A stretch of 63,324 nucleotides of DNA, filler included, from Acidimicrobiia bacterium (GTDB taxonomy: Bacteria > Actinomycetota > Acidimicrobiia > Spongiisociales > CAZKJJ01), in assembly GCA_046759765.1 (NCBI GenBank). It is 20 parts of 20 records of this genome, joined end to end, with 100 filler letters (N's around TTAATTAATTAA, not from the genome) between each part and the next. Parts side by side here need not be neighbours in the genome. Positions count along the whole stretch, not along the records: positions 20,069 to 23,172 come from JBHICV010000230.1; positions 23,273 to 26,362 come from JBHICV010000231.1; positions 26,463 to 29,551 come from JBHICV010000232.1; positions 29,652 to 32,728 come from JBHICV010000233.1; 16 more parts are not named here. One strand, given 5' to 3'. The notes under the pieces were generated by a model. The model searched no databases. It saw only the letters and a program-made list of their open reading frames with translations, and had not been told where the DNA came from. This document shows, in pieces, positions 20,353 to 30,350 of this stretch. Within the stretch, counting starts at the first letter, position 1, and the number at the start of each line of letters is the position of its first letter. The position numbers and the translations under genes were made by a program.

Positions 20353-21393
20353 TCACGAAGACGTAGAACTGACAGGCGGAGGCGCGGTCGACCCCCTCAC
20401 CACCAGCGCCGGCGTCAGCCTGATTGCCTCCGAACTCCGGTTCGGGTCCGTCAGGACTTCGAGCATCAGCTGGGCGGCGCGCCATCCGATCTCGTAGTGG
20501 GGAACTCGCACGGTGGTCAATGGTGGATCGAGCCGGTCGGCGAATCGCATGTCGTTGTATCCGGTGACGGAAATGTCGGAACCGACCGCCATCCCGGCGG
20601 CCGTCATCGCGTCGTAGCAACCAACCGCGATAAGGTCGTTCGCGGCAACGACGGCCGTGAAGTCCCTCTCGCGGGTCAACAGCTCCCTGGCGGCGGCGGC
20701 GCCGGCCTCTTCGGTGAATCGATCCGCGAACGCGATCAGGTCGGATCCCGGCTGCACTCCCCAGGCCTCGGTCCAGGACAGGAAGCTCTGATACCGCTCC
20801 AGCCCGGTCGATACGAATTGCGGGCCGGCAACGTGAGCGATCCTCTGGTGACCGAGCTCTATGAGGTGGCTGACGATGCTGTGCATGCCTGCGCTGTCAT
20901 CGGCCGTTACAGATGACACCGATTCGTCGTCGGTGGTTCGGTTCACCAGTACGACGGGCGTGCCCCTCTCACGGATCTCCGCGATCAAAGGATCGTTGCG
21001 TAGGGCAGTGGCGAGCACCAGTCCGTCGACGCGGCGGCTGAGCATTGCCAGCACCGCAGAGCGTTCCTTGGCCATGTCGTTGTCCGTGTTGGCGAGAAGC
21101 AGCGTGTATCCGGAGTCTCCCAGGTAGTCCTCGACGGCTCTGACAATTGGCGGGAACAGCGGATTCATGAGATCGGGGAGCAGCATCCCGATCGTGAACG
21201 TCGTATTCGTCTTGAGTCCTCGAGCAAGCGAGTTCGCCTGGTACCCGAGCTCATCGGCAGCTTGCAGGATCCTGGTTTTCGTTTGCAGATTGACGAGCGC
21301 TTCAGTGCTCGGATTCAGTGCCCGCGACGCAGTCGATGGGTGAACCCCCGCCCGCGCCGCCACCTCTCGCAGCGTAGGAGCACGGCTTTTCAT
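20353..21393 (-). CDS. LacI family transcriptional regulator
   Basis: TLREVAARAGVHPSTASRAL; DISVTGYND..PPLTTV. Confidence 0.95.
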   Translation of the reverse strand: MKSRAPTLREVAARAGVHPSTASRALNPSTEALVNLQTKTRILQAADELGYQANSLARGLKTNTTFTIGMLLPDLMNPLFPPIVRAVEDYLGDSGYTLLLANTDNDMAKERSAVLAMLSRRVDGLVLATALRNDPLIAEIRERGTPVVLVNRTTDDESVSSVTADDSAGMHSIVSHLIELGHQRIAHVAGPQFVSTGLERYQSFLSWTEAWGVQPGSDLIAFADRFTEEAGAAAARELLTRERDFTAVVAANDLIAVGCYDAMTAAGMAVGSDISVTGYNDMRFADRLDPPLTTVRVPHYEIGWRAAQLMLEVLTDPNRSSEAIRLTPALVVRGSTAPPPVSSTSS

Positions 21394-21464
21394 TGCACTC
21401 GATTGTAGGTCGCTGCCTTGAGCCCCCTGCCCGGGACGGGTCGAGCGTTGTGGAACCGATTCCG
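21394..21464. promoter_or_regulatory. Two LacI-type operator palindromes
   Basis: TGCACTCGATTGTA 21394-21407 (abuts the lacI start) and TGGAACCGATTCCG 21451-21464; both are centred on CG. Confidence 0.55.
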
Positions 21465-21474
21465 GCACGTGGGT

Positions 21475-23172
21475 TCAAGTGCGGGCCTGGCGGATCGCCT
21501 CCCATATACGACTGGGTCGTAGTGGCATGGCGATCTCGGTGACGCCGAACGGCGTCAGAGCATCCAGGACGGCGTTCACCACCGCCGGCGGCGCGCCGAT
21601 GCACCCTGCCTCCCCCGTTCCCTTGACGCCCAGTGGGTTCGATGGTGCCGGCGACACCAGGCGATCCGTCTCGAAGGGTGGAACGTCGGCAGCGGCGGGA
21701 AGCTTGTAGTCGAGAAGTGAGGCGGTGGAGAGCTGGCCGTCGTCGGAGTACTCGATGCCCTCGAGGAGGGCCTGTCCCAAGCCCTGGGTCAGAGAGCCGT
21801 GAACCTGCCCTTCGACGATCATCGGATTCAGAACGTTCCCACAGTCGTCGACGGCTATGAAGCGAAGCAGCTTCGGGGTTCCCGTCTCGAGCTCGATCTC
21901 CACGACAGCGACGTGCGCTCCGTAGGGAAAGGTCTGTTTGCCGGGGACGAACATCTCCTCGGAACTGAGGTCTATGTGGTTGTCCCGCGCATAGGCCGCC
22001 ACCTGGGCCAGTGACAACTCGGAGCCGGGCACGCCCGAGACCGAGAATTGGCCGGCCGACAGTATGAGATCGGTGGGTGCGACCTCCAGCATCTCAGAAG
22101 CCGTGTCCCTTGCCTGGTCGCGGACCTCGACCGCCATGCGCCAGGCGGCGGAGGCTCCGGCCTGCGCAGAGCGGCTCCCGAAGGTTCCGAATCCATCGGA
22201 GACCTCGGCCGTGTCGCCGGCGACTACTTCGATCTGCGCGAGGTCGACCGAGAAGACGTCTGCCACGACCTGGGCCCAAACCGTCTCGTGTCCTTGGCCG
22301 GACGAAGTCGATCCGGTGCGAACCGAGATCGATCCCGATTCCAGGAGGGAGACCTTGGCGTACTCACCAGAATCGACCGGTCCTCCGGCGCGCTCGATAA
22401 ACGCCCCGATGCCGAGCCCAATCGGATTGGCTCCTCGCTCGAGTCGTTCGCGTTGCTCGCGCCGAACTTCGCTCTCACCGACGAGCTCGAGCGCTCGTGC
22501 GAGAGCGGCTGCGTAGTCGCCGCTGTCGTACAGCACCCCCGACGGCGCCTCGTAGGGAAGTTGGTCCTTGCCGATGAAATTGCGTGCGCGAACGACCGCC
22601 GGATCGATGCCGGCGGCCCGGGCGAAGGCGTCCACCGCTCTCTCGATCGAGAAGGCAGCCTCCGGCCTGCCGGCGCCACGGTATGAGCCTGTCGGCGCCC
22701 GGTTGGTGACGACGGTAGTGATCTCGACGCGGACATCTTCGATGTCGTAGAGGCCGGAAACCGTCAGATGGGAGAGGGTCGGAATGAGCGCCCCGTTGTG
22801 GGGATAGGCGCCGGCGTCGCCGAGTATCTCGACCTTTGCTCGCCGGATGCGGCCCGTCTCGTCGCCCGCGAGTTCGACCCGGTGGAACTGTCCCCTCCCA
22901 TGGGTTCCCGAGAGGAAATGCTCCCGGCGTCTCTCCACCCACATGACCGGCCGCCCGATGCTGCGCGATGCTGCGGCTGTGATGAGGTATTCCGGGAAGA
23001 ACATCCCCTTCAGTCCGAACGCGCCGCCGACGTCCGGCACGACGACGCGGACACCCTCGATCCCCAGCATCGTCTCGAGCTGATCCTTGAGACGATGTGG
23101 CGCTTGGTGGCTACAGGTGATCTTGAGGGCGCCGTCCTCCGGCTCGCAAAGGATCGCAAGTCCTTCTATTGG
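21475..23172 (-). CDS. Xanthine dehydrogenase-family Mo-binding subunit (form II CoxL-like, 5' partial)
   Basis: VGGAFG.K, SYRGAGRPE, GQGHET, VEGQVHG, GVKGTGE. Confidence 0.92.
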   Translation of the reverse strand, partial: PIEGLAILCEPEDGALKITCSHQAPHRLKDQLETMLGIEGVRVVVPDVGGAFGLKGMFFPEYLITAAASRSIGRPVMWVERRREHFLSGTHGRGQFHRVELAGDETGRIRRAKVEILGDAGAYPHNGALIPTLSHLTVSGLYDIEDVRVEITTVVTNRAPTGSYRGAGRPEAAFSIERAVDAFARAAGIDPAVVRARNFIGKDQLPYEAPSGVLYDSGDYAAALARALELVGESEVRREQRERLERGANPIGLGIGAFIERAGGPVDSGEYAKVSLLESGSISVRTGSTSSGQGHETVWAQVVADVFSVDLAQIEVVAGDTAEVSDGFGTFGSRSAQAGASAAWRMAVEVRDQARDTASEMLEVAPTDLILSAGQFSVSGVPGSELSLAQVAAYARDNHIDLSSEEMFVPGKQTFPYGAHVAVVEIELETGTPKLLRFIAVDDCGNVLNPMIVEGQVHGSLTQGLGQALLEGIEYSDDGQLSTASLLDYKLPAAADVPPFETDRLVSPAPSNPLGVKGTGEAGCIGAPPAVVNAVLDALTPFGVTEIAMPLRPSRIWEAIRQART

Positions 23173-23663
23173 NNNNNNNNNNNNNNNNNNNNNNNNNNNN
23201 NNNNNNNNNNNNNNNNTTAATTAATTAANNNNNNNNNNNNNNNNNNNNNNNNNNNNNNNNNNNNNNNNNNNNGTCTGGCCTTCGTTGTTGTCCTCGCTGT
23301 TCATGTCTTCGAGGCTACCGAGAGGAAAGTTTGCCCGCTGTCGTCATGTGCAGCCACGCGTCAGAATCTCCGTTGTCGGAATTCAGGAGCGTGATTCAGG
23401 GCGCTCGCAGCCACTGAGCTAGCCCATATGTGCCTATATGGGCGGCTGTATTCGTTGGGGAATTGCCGCTGTTGGGGAAAGAGTCCGCTCTCCTCAGGTT
23501 TCGGCCGGGTCCTTCGCAGTTCCGGGACGAGCACGGGGAGCGGCTGCTGGGGAGGGGAGAGCCGAGACAGAAGGCACGTCTGGTAGTGCAGGAGGGACGC
23601 GTAGCCGCTGGAGTGGGATCAGGCAGTGCGGCCTCGAGGCCCGCACCAGGTAACCCACCGTCG

Positions 23664-25238
23664 TTATAGGCCCCCGGGGTCGCCGTCGCGCCGCGGGTTG
23701 GTGAAGCGGAGCCCGACGTTCTCCAAAGGTCCGAACAAGTATTCGCCCTCGGGCTCGATTCCTTGTTCTACCCATCGCGTGAGGTCGGCCATCGCTGTCT
23801 CGATCTCGGCGGGGCTGACCTCGCAGTGGCCAGGGGCGCGTATGGCTCGTTGCACGAGGTGGCTGCCGTCGCCGGCCGCTTCAGCCAGCCTGCGGAAACT
23901 CTGCATGGCGGTGATCGGTATCAGTCCGTCTCCCGTCGTGTGAAGCATGATTAGCGGCACGGATACTTCGCCTGTCAAGCGCGAAGGGTCGCTCTCCCGG
24001 GGTTCTCGATCGATTCGTACCACTCGCGCGTTCAACTCGTCCGCGGTCATTTCCAAAGCCGGGACCCAAGGATATGAGAAGCCGATGTTGGTGAACTCGC
24101 CTGATGCCACAGTCCAGCTGGCGGCATCGAAGTTGGAGTCGAAGAACTCGGAGAAGCCTTCATGCCGGAACGGTCGCGGGCCTCCCGTGATGGCTGTCAT
24201 CAGTTCCTCAAACCGCCACCAGGCGGCCGGGTTCATCCTGAGGGTGGGAATGATCCTGTTCCTGGTCAAGACCTCCAGGGAGGGAGCAGCGTCGAACTCG
24301 ATCTGGCTGACACCGGCCCCGTATGCGGCCAGCGCCAGGTAGTGACCGAAGAAATCCCCGTCCTCCTGACCCACCACGCTGCACACGGCCAGTGCGCCAT
24401 CAAAGCGGGCAGGAAAGAGCTGCTGAGAGAGGAGAGTGACCCCTCCTCCCATGGAAGAGCCGGCGATGTAGGTGAACTCCGGCTCGCCGAACTCCTCGAT
24501 GAAGAAGTCGTGCAGGTTCGCCGCATCCTCGGCGAATCGCATTGGATCAAACCCGTTGGTGCTGAACGAGGTGGCGGCCCAGGCATACCCGTTGCGGATC
24601 AGGTACTCGCTCATGGGAGGCGGAGATACGCTCAGACCCAGCGCGTATGCCTTGAAGCCGTTCCCCCAGATGAAGAGACTGCCGTTCCAGTCGTCGGGCA
24701 CTTCGATCTGATAGAGAGCGCCTTCCAGCTCACCCCAGAACCCGCGGGCTCCGTCCATCGGAGCGAAGGATTGGACGGTACGGAGATACAGGTACGGCGA
24801 GTCGAGCGCCACTTGGCTTTGCTCGTCGAGGTCATAAGTCACGGCGGTGATCGTTCCGACATCGGTTCTGACTTCGACGGTGCCGGTCAGCGTCGGACCA
24901 TGCGTTTCCAGGACAAAAGCTCCGCTCAGTACACCATCACCCACAACCCGATCGGTGATCTCCAGAACCCACCCGTTCGCAATGGCCTGCATGGTGGCGG
25001 CCACCGCCTCAGTCGGACCCTCAGCGGGGGACCAGGTCAGGGGCCTAAGTGAGTACGAGACATCGTCGCCGAAAACAGAGAAAAGCGTCGACATGTCTCC
25101 GGCATTGAAAGCCTCAACGTAGGCGTCAACCACGACCTGCGGGACCGTCGCCGGCAGCCGGGTGCCGGCTACATCCGCTCCCGACGTGCAGGACGAGACC
25201 GCCAAGACCAACACAACGGCAAAACAGAGGCGTCGCAT
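23664..25238 (-). CDS. Lipoprotein: SnoaL/NTF2-like domain plus alpha/beta hydrolase
   Basis: Lipobox VSSC; AYVEAFNAGD; GSSMGG nucleophile; HTTGDGL; APGHC. Confidence 0.78.
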   Translation of the reverse strand: MRRLCFAVVLVLAVSSCTSGADVAGTRLPATVPQVVVDAYVEAFNAGDMSTLFSVFGDDVSYSLRPLTWSPAEGPTEAVAATMQAIANGWVLEITDRVVGDGVLSGAFVLETHGPTLTGTVEVRTDVGTITAVTYDLDEQSQVALDSPYLYLRTVQSFAPMDGARGFWGELEGALYQIEVPDDWNGSLFIWGNGFKAYALGLSVSPPPMSEYLIRNGYAWAATSFSTNGFDPMRFAEDAANLHDFFIEEFGEPEFTYIAGSSMGGGVTLLSQQLFPARFDGALAVCSVVGQEDGDFFGHYLALAAYGAGVSQIEFDAAPSLEVLTRNRIIPTLRMNPAAWWRFEELMTAITGGPRPFRHEGFSEFFDSNFDAASWTVASGEFTNIGFSYPWVPALEMTADELNARVVRIDREPRESDPSRLTGEVSVPLIMLHTTGDGLIPITAMQSFRRLAEAAGDGSHLVQRAIRAPGHCEVSPAEIETAMADLTRWVEQGIEPEGEYLFGPLENVGLRFTNPRRDGDPGGL

Positions 25239-25242
25239 TAGA

Positions 25243-25863
25243 TCAGCCTCTCTGCATTTCCTCGATGCTCTCCTCATCGAGCGTGATCGTCATCCGAGAG
25301 ATCTTCCCCTCCTCGACCACGACCTCGATCGTGGCCGTGTAGAGGTGCCCTGGCACCTCGAGAGAGTGAGCTCCCCGGACCGTGTTGGCTTCGACCACCG
25401 GATCGGAGAGCGTGATCAACCGTTCACCCGGGCTGGTGATCTCCGCAAGTTGCTCGGCCAGCACCTCGTCCTTCCCCACGTACGGTCCAAAGGCGATCCC
25501 GGGGAAGGAGAGCACGATGTCGTCCGCGAACAGATCGGCCAGCGCAGCTCCATCCCTGGCGTTGTACGCCTCGTAGTAACGAGCGGCCACGACCATGGGG
25601 CTGCTACCCGAGGCGACGCTCGAGGAATCACCGAGCAGCCCCGAAAGCGCCGCTACTCCACCCATCACAATGAGGAGGGCCGCCGCTGCCGCGACTCCAA
25701 TGACCCAGCCGCGCCGGGGACGTGCCTTCTCTTCCTGGCGAACGGTGGTCACGGCCTGGGTCTCGATCTCCCCCTCGATCACCTCGTCTGCCTCGAAGGT
25801 GGGAAGGGTCGAGTCCAAGAAGGATGCGTAGCTATGGATCTGCCGCTCAAGATCGGTGCTCAT
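25243..25863 (-). CDS. Putative anti-sigma factor with extracytoplasmic SnoaL/NTF2-like domain
   Basis: ATGA-coupled to the sigma gene; one TM helix; RYYEAYNARD..LFADD. Confidence 0.68.
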   Translation of the reverse strand: MSTDLERQIHSYASFLDSTLPTFEADEVIEGEIETQAVTTVRQEEKARPRRGWVIGVAAAAALLIVMGGVAALSGLLGDSSSVASGSSPMVVAARYYEAYNARDGAALADLFADDIVLSFPGIAFGPYVGKDEVLAEQLAEITSPGERLITLSDPVVEANTVRGAHSLEVPGHLYTATIEVVVEEGKISRMTITLDEESIEEMQRG

Positions 25864-26327
25864 TTCTCTGTCCTCATAGTCCGCCTCAACTTGGCCATTC
25901 CCCGCTCGAGATGCTTCTGCACCGTGGGCACCGATGTGCCCGACCACTCCGCGACCTCTTTGTGGGTCCAGCGATAGCCATGAATCAGCAGCACCGCGAG
26001 TCGCTGCCTTTCGGACAGTCGGGCCAGCGCCGCCGGCAACCCGGGCTCGATCCAACGGGCCTCGTCACGGGCCTCGGGAAGAGCCGGGAACTTGACCTGT
26101 CGCCTTTGACTGGCCCGAGCCTTGTTCCGACCGACCCCCCACAGGTAGCCGCCCGGGTTGTCCATAGCCTGAATCCGCTCCCAGTGCTCCCAACCATGAG
26201 CCAGTGCCTCAGCTGTCGCCTCCAGCCCGATCTCACGCCCGAATGCCGCGACCAGAGCATGTTTCAGGCCCGGCTCCGTATCTTTCACGAAAAGAGTGAA
26301 AGACTCGATGAGGGTTTCAGTGGCCAT
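25860..26327 (-). CDS. ECF sigma factor (actinobacterial SigE-like)
   Basis: WEHWERIQAMDNPGGYL; LSERQRLAVLL..HKEVAE..TVQKHLERG. Confidence 0.85.
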   Translation of the reverse strand: MATETLIESFTLFVKDTEPGLKHALVAAFGREIGLEATAEALAHGWEHWERIQAMDNPGGYLWGVGRNKARASQRRQVKFPALPEARDEARWIEPGLPAALARLSERQRLAVLLIHGYRWTHKEVAEWSGTSVPTVQKHLERGMAKLRRTMRTEK

Positions 26328-26462
26328 CCGCATTCCCCGCGCGGCACTCATATATATATTGCNNNNNNNNNNNNNNNNNNNNNNNNNNNNNNNNNNNNNN
26401 NNNNNNTTAATTAATTAANNNNNNNNNNNNNNNNNNNNNNNNNNNNNNNNNNNNNNNNNNNN

Positions 26463-26719
26463 GGAAGCTCAAACTGGCAAATCAAGACGCGACAGGCCTG
26501 GGGGATGGAGAAACCGGCTGTGGAGGAGCCGGCAGCGAGAGCCAGCGCCAGATTGGTGACCAGGAGGGATTTGCCCACTTTGGGTTCGCCACCGACAAAA
26601 AGAATCCCCTGCTGAGGCAAAAGGCTGGGCTCGACCAGAGCGGGTTTTGGCGGGGGCGGGTGGACGAGCAGTTGTCGCAAAGAAACGACGCCGGCCGGGC
26701 AAGCCTCGGGTTCACTCAC
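26463..26719 (-). CDS. AAA_25/RepA-like RecA-fold ATPase, N-terminus
   Basis: LVEPSLLPQQGILFVGGEPKVGKS..LALALA..RVLICQFEL. Confidence 0.8.
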
Positions 26720-26726
26720 GGGGTGT

Positions 26727-27524
26727 TCACAGCGTCTGCTGGGCGGCTTCGAGCAGGATCGGCTCATCGACGAGCGAAGCCTTTTGTTCAGCGGCGATTT
26801 TCAACGCCGCCCGGGCGACGGCATTGACTCGGCGGAGAATGCCTTTGGTGGCCTGATAGAGTCCCTGGCGAGCGGTCTCGTCAAACAAGGGTTCTCGGAC
26901 ACCGGCGGCTTTGAGTTGGTGACTCACATATTGATCGAGCTCGTCCCGGGACAGCCCCTCGAGGTGATAGTGAACGCTGATTCTTTGTCGGAGCGATTCA
27001 TGCAGTTGAAGCGAAAGGCTCCGTCGGAGTAAGGGTTGACCGAGCAGGAGCAGGCTCAGATAGGGGCAAGAATCCATCTCGAAGTTCAGCAACAAGGGAA
27101 GCTGTTGTAGAGCGGCATGAGACAAAAGCTGGGCTTCATCGAGCACCAGAAGGGGGTGGAGCTTTTTGGAAAGATTGAGCCGGACGACGGCTTCTTCGAT
27201 CTGGCGGGCGAGATCGCCCCGTCGATGAGCCGGCTGCAGATCCAACTCGAAGGCCAGTTGCCGCAGCAGGTCGAGTGCGGAGCCGGAGCTGTAATGGATG
27301 TAGAGGATCTTGTAAAGGTTGGGATTGAGGGCGGAGGTGAACATTCGGGCGGCGGTGGATTTTCCGGAGCCGACTTCACCGGTCAGTAGTCCCACGGCTC
27401 GGTGTTCGACGAGAAACTGTAGTCGGGTTTGGAGCTGACTCCAGCCCTGGGAGGCGAACAGTTGTTTGGGGTCTGGGTCGAGGGGAAAAGGATTTTTTTT
27501 GAAACCGAAGTAGGCTTCGAACAT
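26727..27524 (-). CDS. ExeA-like AAA ATPase (transposition helper)
   Basis: YFGFKKNPF, GEVGSGKS, LVLDEAQ, LRQRI, TKGILRRVN. Confidence 0.9.
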   Translation of the reverse strand: MFEAYFGFKKNPFPLDPDPKQLFASQGWSQLQTRLQFLVEHRAVGLLTGEVGSGKSTAARMFTSALNPNLYKILYIHYSSGSALDLLRQLAFELDLQPAHRRGDLARQIEEAVVRLNLSKKLHPLLVLDEAQLLSHAALQQLPLLLNFEMDSCPYLSLLLLGQPLLRRSLSLQLHESLRQRISVHYHLEGLSRDELDQYVSHQLKAAGVREPLFDETARQGLYQATKGILRRVNAVARAALKIAAEQKASLVDEPILLEAAQQTL

Positions 27525-27548
27525 GTCGCGACTCCTTGAAAAAAAACA

Positions 27549-28748
27549 TCAGAGGTTGGTCCGCACCGGGCGAGCGGTCGCCTGGAACTGTCCCTCGAAG
27601 TAAACGTCGACCTGCGAGATATCGTTGGGGTCGAACCGGACTTCGATGGTTTGCCCTGCCAGATGCCCGGGAGCTTCGTAGAACCGCTTGTGGAGAAGGA
27701 AAGTGCAGTCTCGACGCACACGGCGGTTGAGGCGATAAAAGAACACGCGACGCCAGTCGGTGTGAGGAGGCAATTGACGAATATGCTCGATATCTTGCTG
27801 CCACCGACGCAAGGGAGTGGTTTGAACGCCACTGTGAGTGGCGAGGTGGTAGACGGATTCGAGCCAGTGATGCAGTCGGGAGTTGAGCTCCTCGAGGCGA
27901 AGCGGTGAGTTTGTCTCGAGCGGGGCGAGAAACTGCTGTCGCACGGTCCTAAAGAAGCGTTCTATTTTTCCGCGACCCTGAGGTTGATAGGGAGGGGTGT
28001 GGATCACCAGCATGCCGAGCGAAGCGGCAATGCGGCTGAGTTGGTGCGAGCGGTACACCTTGGCGTTATCGACATATAAGCGAATCGGGACACCTCGAGC
28101 GGCAATCGCCTGGCGGAGACAATCGAGCAGAGCGTCGAGTCCCTGGTGCGGATAGAACTGGGCATGGGGGACGAGCCGGCTGGCATCATCCAGCACGGCA
28201 TAGAGGAAACACTGAAGCCTTCCTCCTCCCTCTCGCTGCACATAGGGTCCGTAGAGCATGTCGGACTGCCAGAGCTGGTTCGCGTAGAGAGCTTCGAACT
28301 TCCTGTATGTCGTGGAGCGGAGCAGCTGCCGCTCGGTCAGTCCGTGCTTTTTGAGGAATCGATACAACGAGGTGGGCGACACCGGTGCCACCCCTTCCGG
28401 GGAGGCATCGGTGAGCTGCTTCAACACGGCGGTGCCGCTCAGATGAGGATTGTGTCGTTTGAGCCGTTCGATGTGTTGGGCTAACTCGGCGTTGATGGCC
28501 CGAGTGCGGCCGCGGTCGCAACGGGGTTTGGGAGCTAAAGCCTCGATGCCGTCGAGCCGGTAGCGCACAGCCCAATCCAGCAAGGTATCCACGGAGATGG
28601 ATCTCCGGTTGGAAAAAGGAAAGTCGTACTCATGCTGTGCGATTTGTCGAGCTCTCCGGGTCAGCTCTCCTCGAGGTAAAGGCTCGATGACCAAGGGGGC
28701 AATGAGACCGTAACGGAAAAGGGCGATTTTTTCTGATTTCGAATCCAT
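27549..28748 (-). CDS. DDE transposase/integrase (rve core plus Mu-like C-terminal domain)
   Basis: ALFRYGLIAP, LWQSD, LYVDNA, GKIERFF; C-terminal RRVRRD..FYEAP..IEVRFDP. Confidence 0.92.
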   Translation of the reverse strand: MDSKSEKIALFRYGLIAPLVIEPLPRGELTRRARQIAQHEYDFPFSNRRSISVDTLLDWAVRYRLDGIEALAPKPRCDRGRTRAINAELAQHIERLKRHNPHLSGTAVLKQLTDASPEGVAPVSPTSLYRFLKKHGLTERQLLRSTTYRKFEALYANQLWQSDMLYGPYVQREGGGRLQCFLYAVLDDASRLVPHAQFYPHQGLDALLDCLRQAIAARGVPIRLYVDNAKVYRSHQLSRIAASLGMLVIHTPPYQPQGRGKIERFFRTVRQQFLAPLETNSPLRLEELNSRLHHWLESVYHLATHSGVQTTPLRRWQQDIEHIRQLPPHTDWRRVFFYRLNRRVRRDCTFLLHKRFYEAPGHLAGQTIEVRFDPNDISQVDVYFEGQFQATARPVRTNL

Positions 28749-28821
28749 GTCCCGTTCCTCCTGAGCCCCAAGCGTAGCGAGTCCGAAACGGGTGAGGAAT
28801 ACAAGAGCTGTGTGTTTTTGC

Positions 28822-29427
28822 TCAGGCGGGAGCCGAGCCCGCTCGGAACGAGACGCCAACACCGTCGGGAGCGAGAAAATCGGGCCAACCCAACAGGTGA
28901 ATGCGCAATTGGGAGAAAACGAATCGGTGTGCTTCGACCCAGCCCACCGTTTCCAGCATCTGAACGGCTCGGACGACGAAGCGACGAGCGTCGGTCGGCG
29001 CCGTCAGGGCGGCCAGGGCGGCCGATAAGATTTCGGCTTGCGCGGCGAATCGGCGGGCCCATTGCTGGCCCCGCTGGTAGGGCATCTCAGGCTGAGCCGC
29101 CGCTTCGGCTGACGCGCACCACGATTGGCCCTCCAGGAATCGGGCCCTGAGAAACCGACCGACCACCGGGACACTGAATCGCAGATACGGCAAGGCCAAC
29201 TCCGGTAAAAGCGACACGGTGCGCCAGCAACATAGGCAAAGGTAACGTCGGATGGCGATGATTCCATCAAAGACCCTATCGCTGAGGGTTCGGTAGTAAA
29301 AACCGTGTGCCCTCAATTTCTGCTTTGCCTGGCAAAGCGGACAGTGACCGGGACGAAAGGCATCGGGATCGCCGAGTTGTTCCTTGTATTCCTGGATCGA
29401 ACCGGAGAAGGGGTGTAGGATTTGCAT
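28822..29427 (-). CDS. DUF6431-like Zn-ribbon protein
   Basis: CPLC..HGFYYR..IRRYLCLCC.RTVSLLPELALPYLRFS. Confidence 0.8.
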   Translation of the reverse strand: MQILHPFSGSIQEYKEQLGDPDAFRPGHCPLCQAKQKLRAHGFYYRTLSDRVFDGIIAIRRYLCLCCWRTVSLLPELALPYLRFSVPVVGRFLRARFLEGQSWCASAEAAAQPEMPYQRGQQWARRFAAQAEILSAALAALTAPTDARRFVVRAVQMLETVGWVEAHRFVFSQLRIHLLGWPDFLAPDGVGVSFRAGSAPA

Positions 29428-29651
29428 TGGACCTGCCAATTGGGTCTGGGGAGGGGCCATAGGATCGCCTACCAACGAACGCTGTGGACCCCTCCTACTC
29501 ACACCCCGTCATTCTCACAAAAACCGATGGATAGGGATACTCGAGGGATAANNNNNNNNNNNNNNNNNNNNNNNNNNNNNNNNNNNNNNNNNNNNTTAAT
29601 TAATTAANNNNNNNNNNNNNNNNNNNNNNNNNNNNNNNNNNNNNNNNNNNN

Positions 29652-30220
29652 ACTACGGGCGCGTCCTCAAGGTTGTCCCGGAACCCGTAGAGGATCCCCA
29701 TCGTCCCGACGGCCAAGATGTCGTCGCCTTCCGTGTCGAGGACGATCTGGGGCAGGTCCTCGGTCGCCTGGCCGATGACCACCTGACCTCTCAGCGTCAG
29801 ATCGAAGGTGGTGAAGTGGCAGCCGCACGGTCCCAGGACGGCATGCGTGGGATTGAACTTGCCTTTGAGCGGGCAGCCCATGTGCGTGCAGTCGGTCCCG
29901 AAGGCCACGATATCGAGATCGGGGCCTACCCCGCCTGCAGCAGTCCGGTCGAGACGGAACAGCGAAGCCGGTGATAACTCGGTGGGATACGCGAAGTCGA
30001 CCACGTCGCCGACTCGAAGCTGAGAGAGGGATGCCACCCGTAGGCGCGGGTAGAGCGTCACCTGGGCTGGTACCAGAGTCGTTGTCCCAGGACCTGTCGT
30101 TGGCGCCGAGACGCCTTCTTGGTCGCGGCTCAGCAGTGCGATGGGCAGGATGACACCCGCCGCCGCGATCGCACCGGAAGCGGCGCCTAGGGCAAGGAAC
30201 TCCCTACGAGTCATGGCCAT
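29652..30220 (-). CDS. aioB: Arsenite oxidase small (Rieske) subunit
   Basis: Tat motif TRREFL; FAYP; GGVGPDLDIVAF..CTHMGCP; CGCHFTTFD; GQATEDLPQIVL; LYGFRDNL. Confidence 0.88.
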
Positions 30221-30350
30221 CTCAACGTCCTGGGTCGTGCGTGGGTGCAGAGGATCGGGCCAGCCAGGACTATACCGTAGGGTCCAAGGTCGCTCTTCGG
30301 TTGCCGGACGCCCCTGGCGAGAGATACCAGTAGCCTGTTCAATCTCCTCC

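Noticed and set aside
21475..23172. Aerobic CO dehydrogenase (form I coxL)
   Set aside because: The active-site loop is SYRGAGR, not AYxCSFR.
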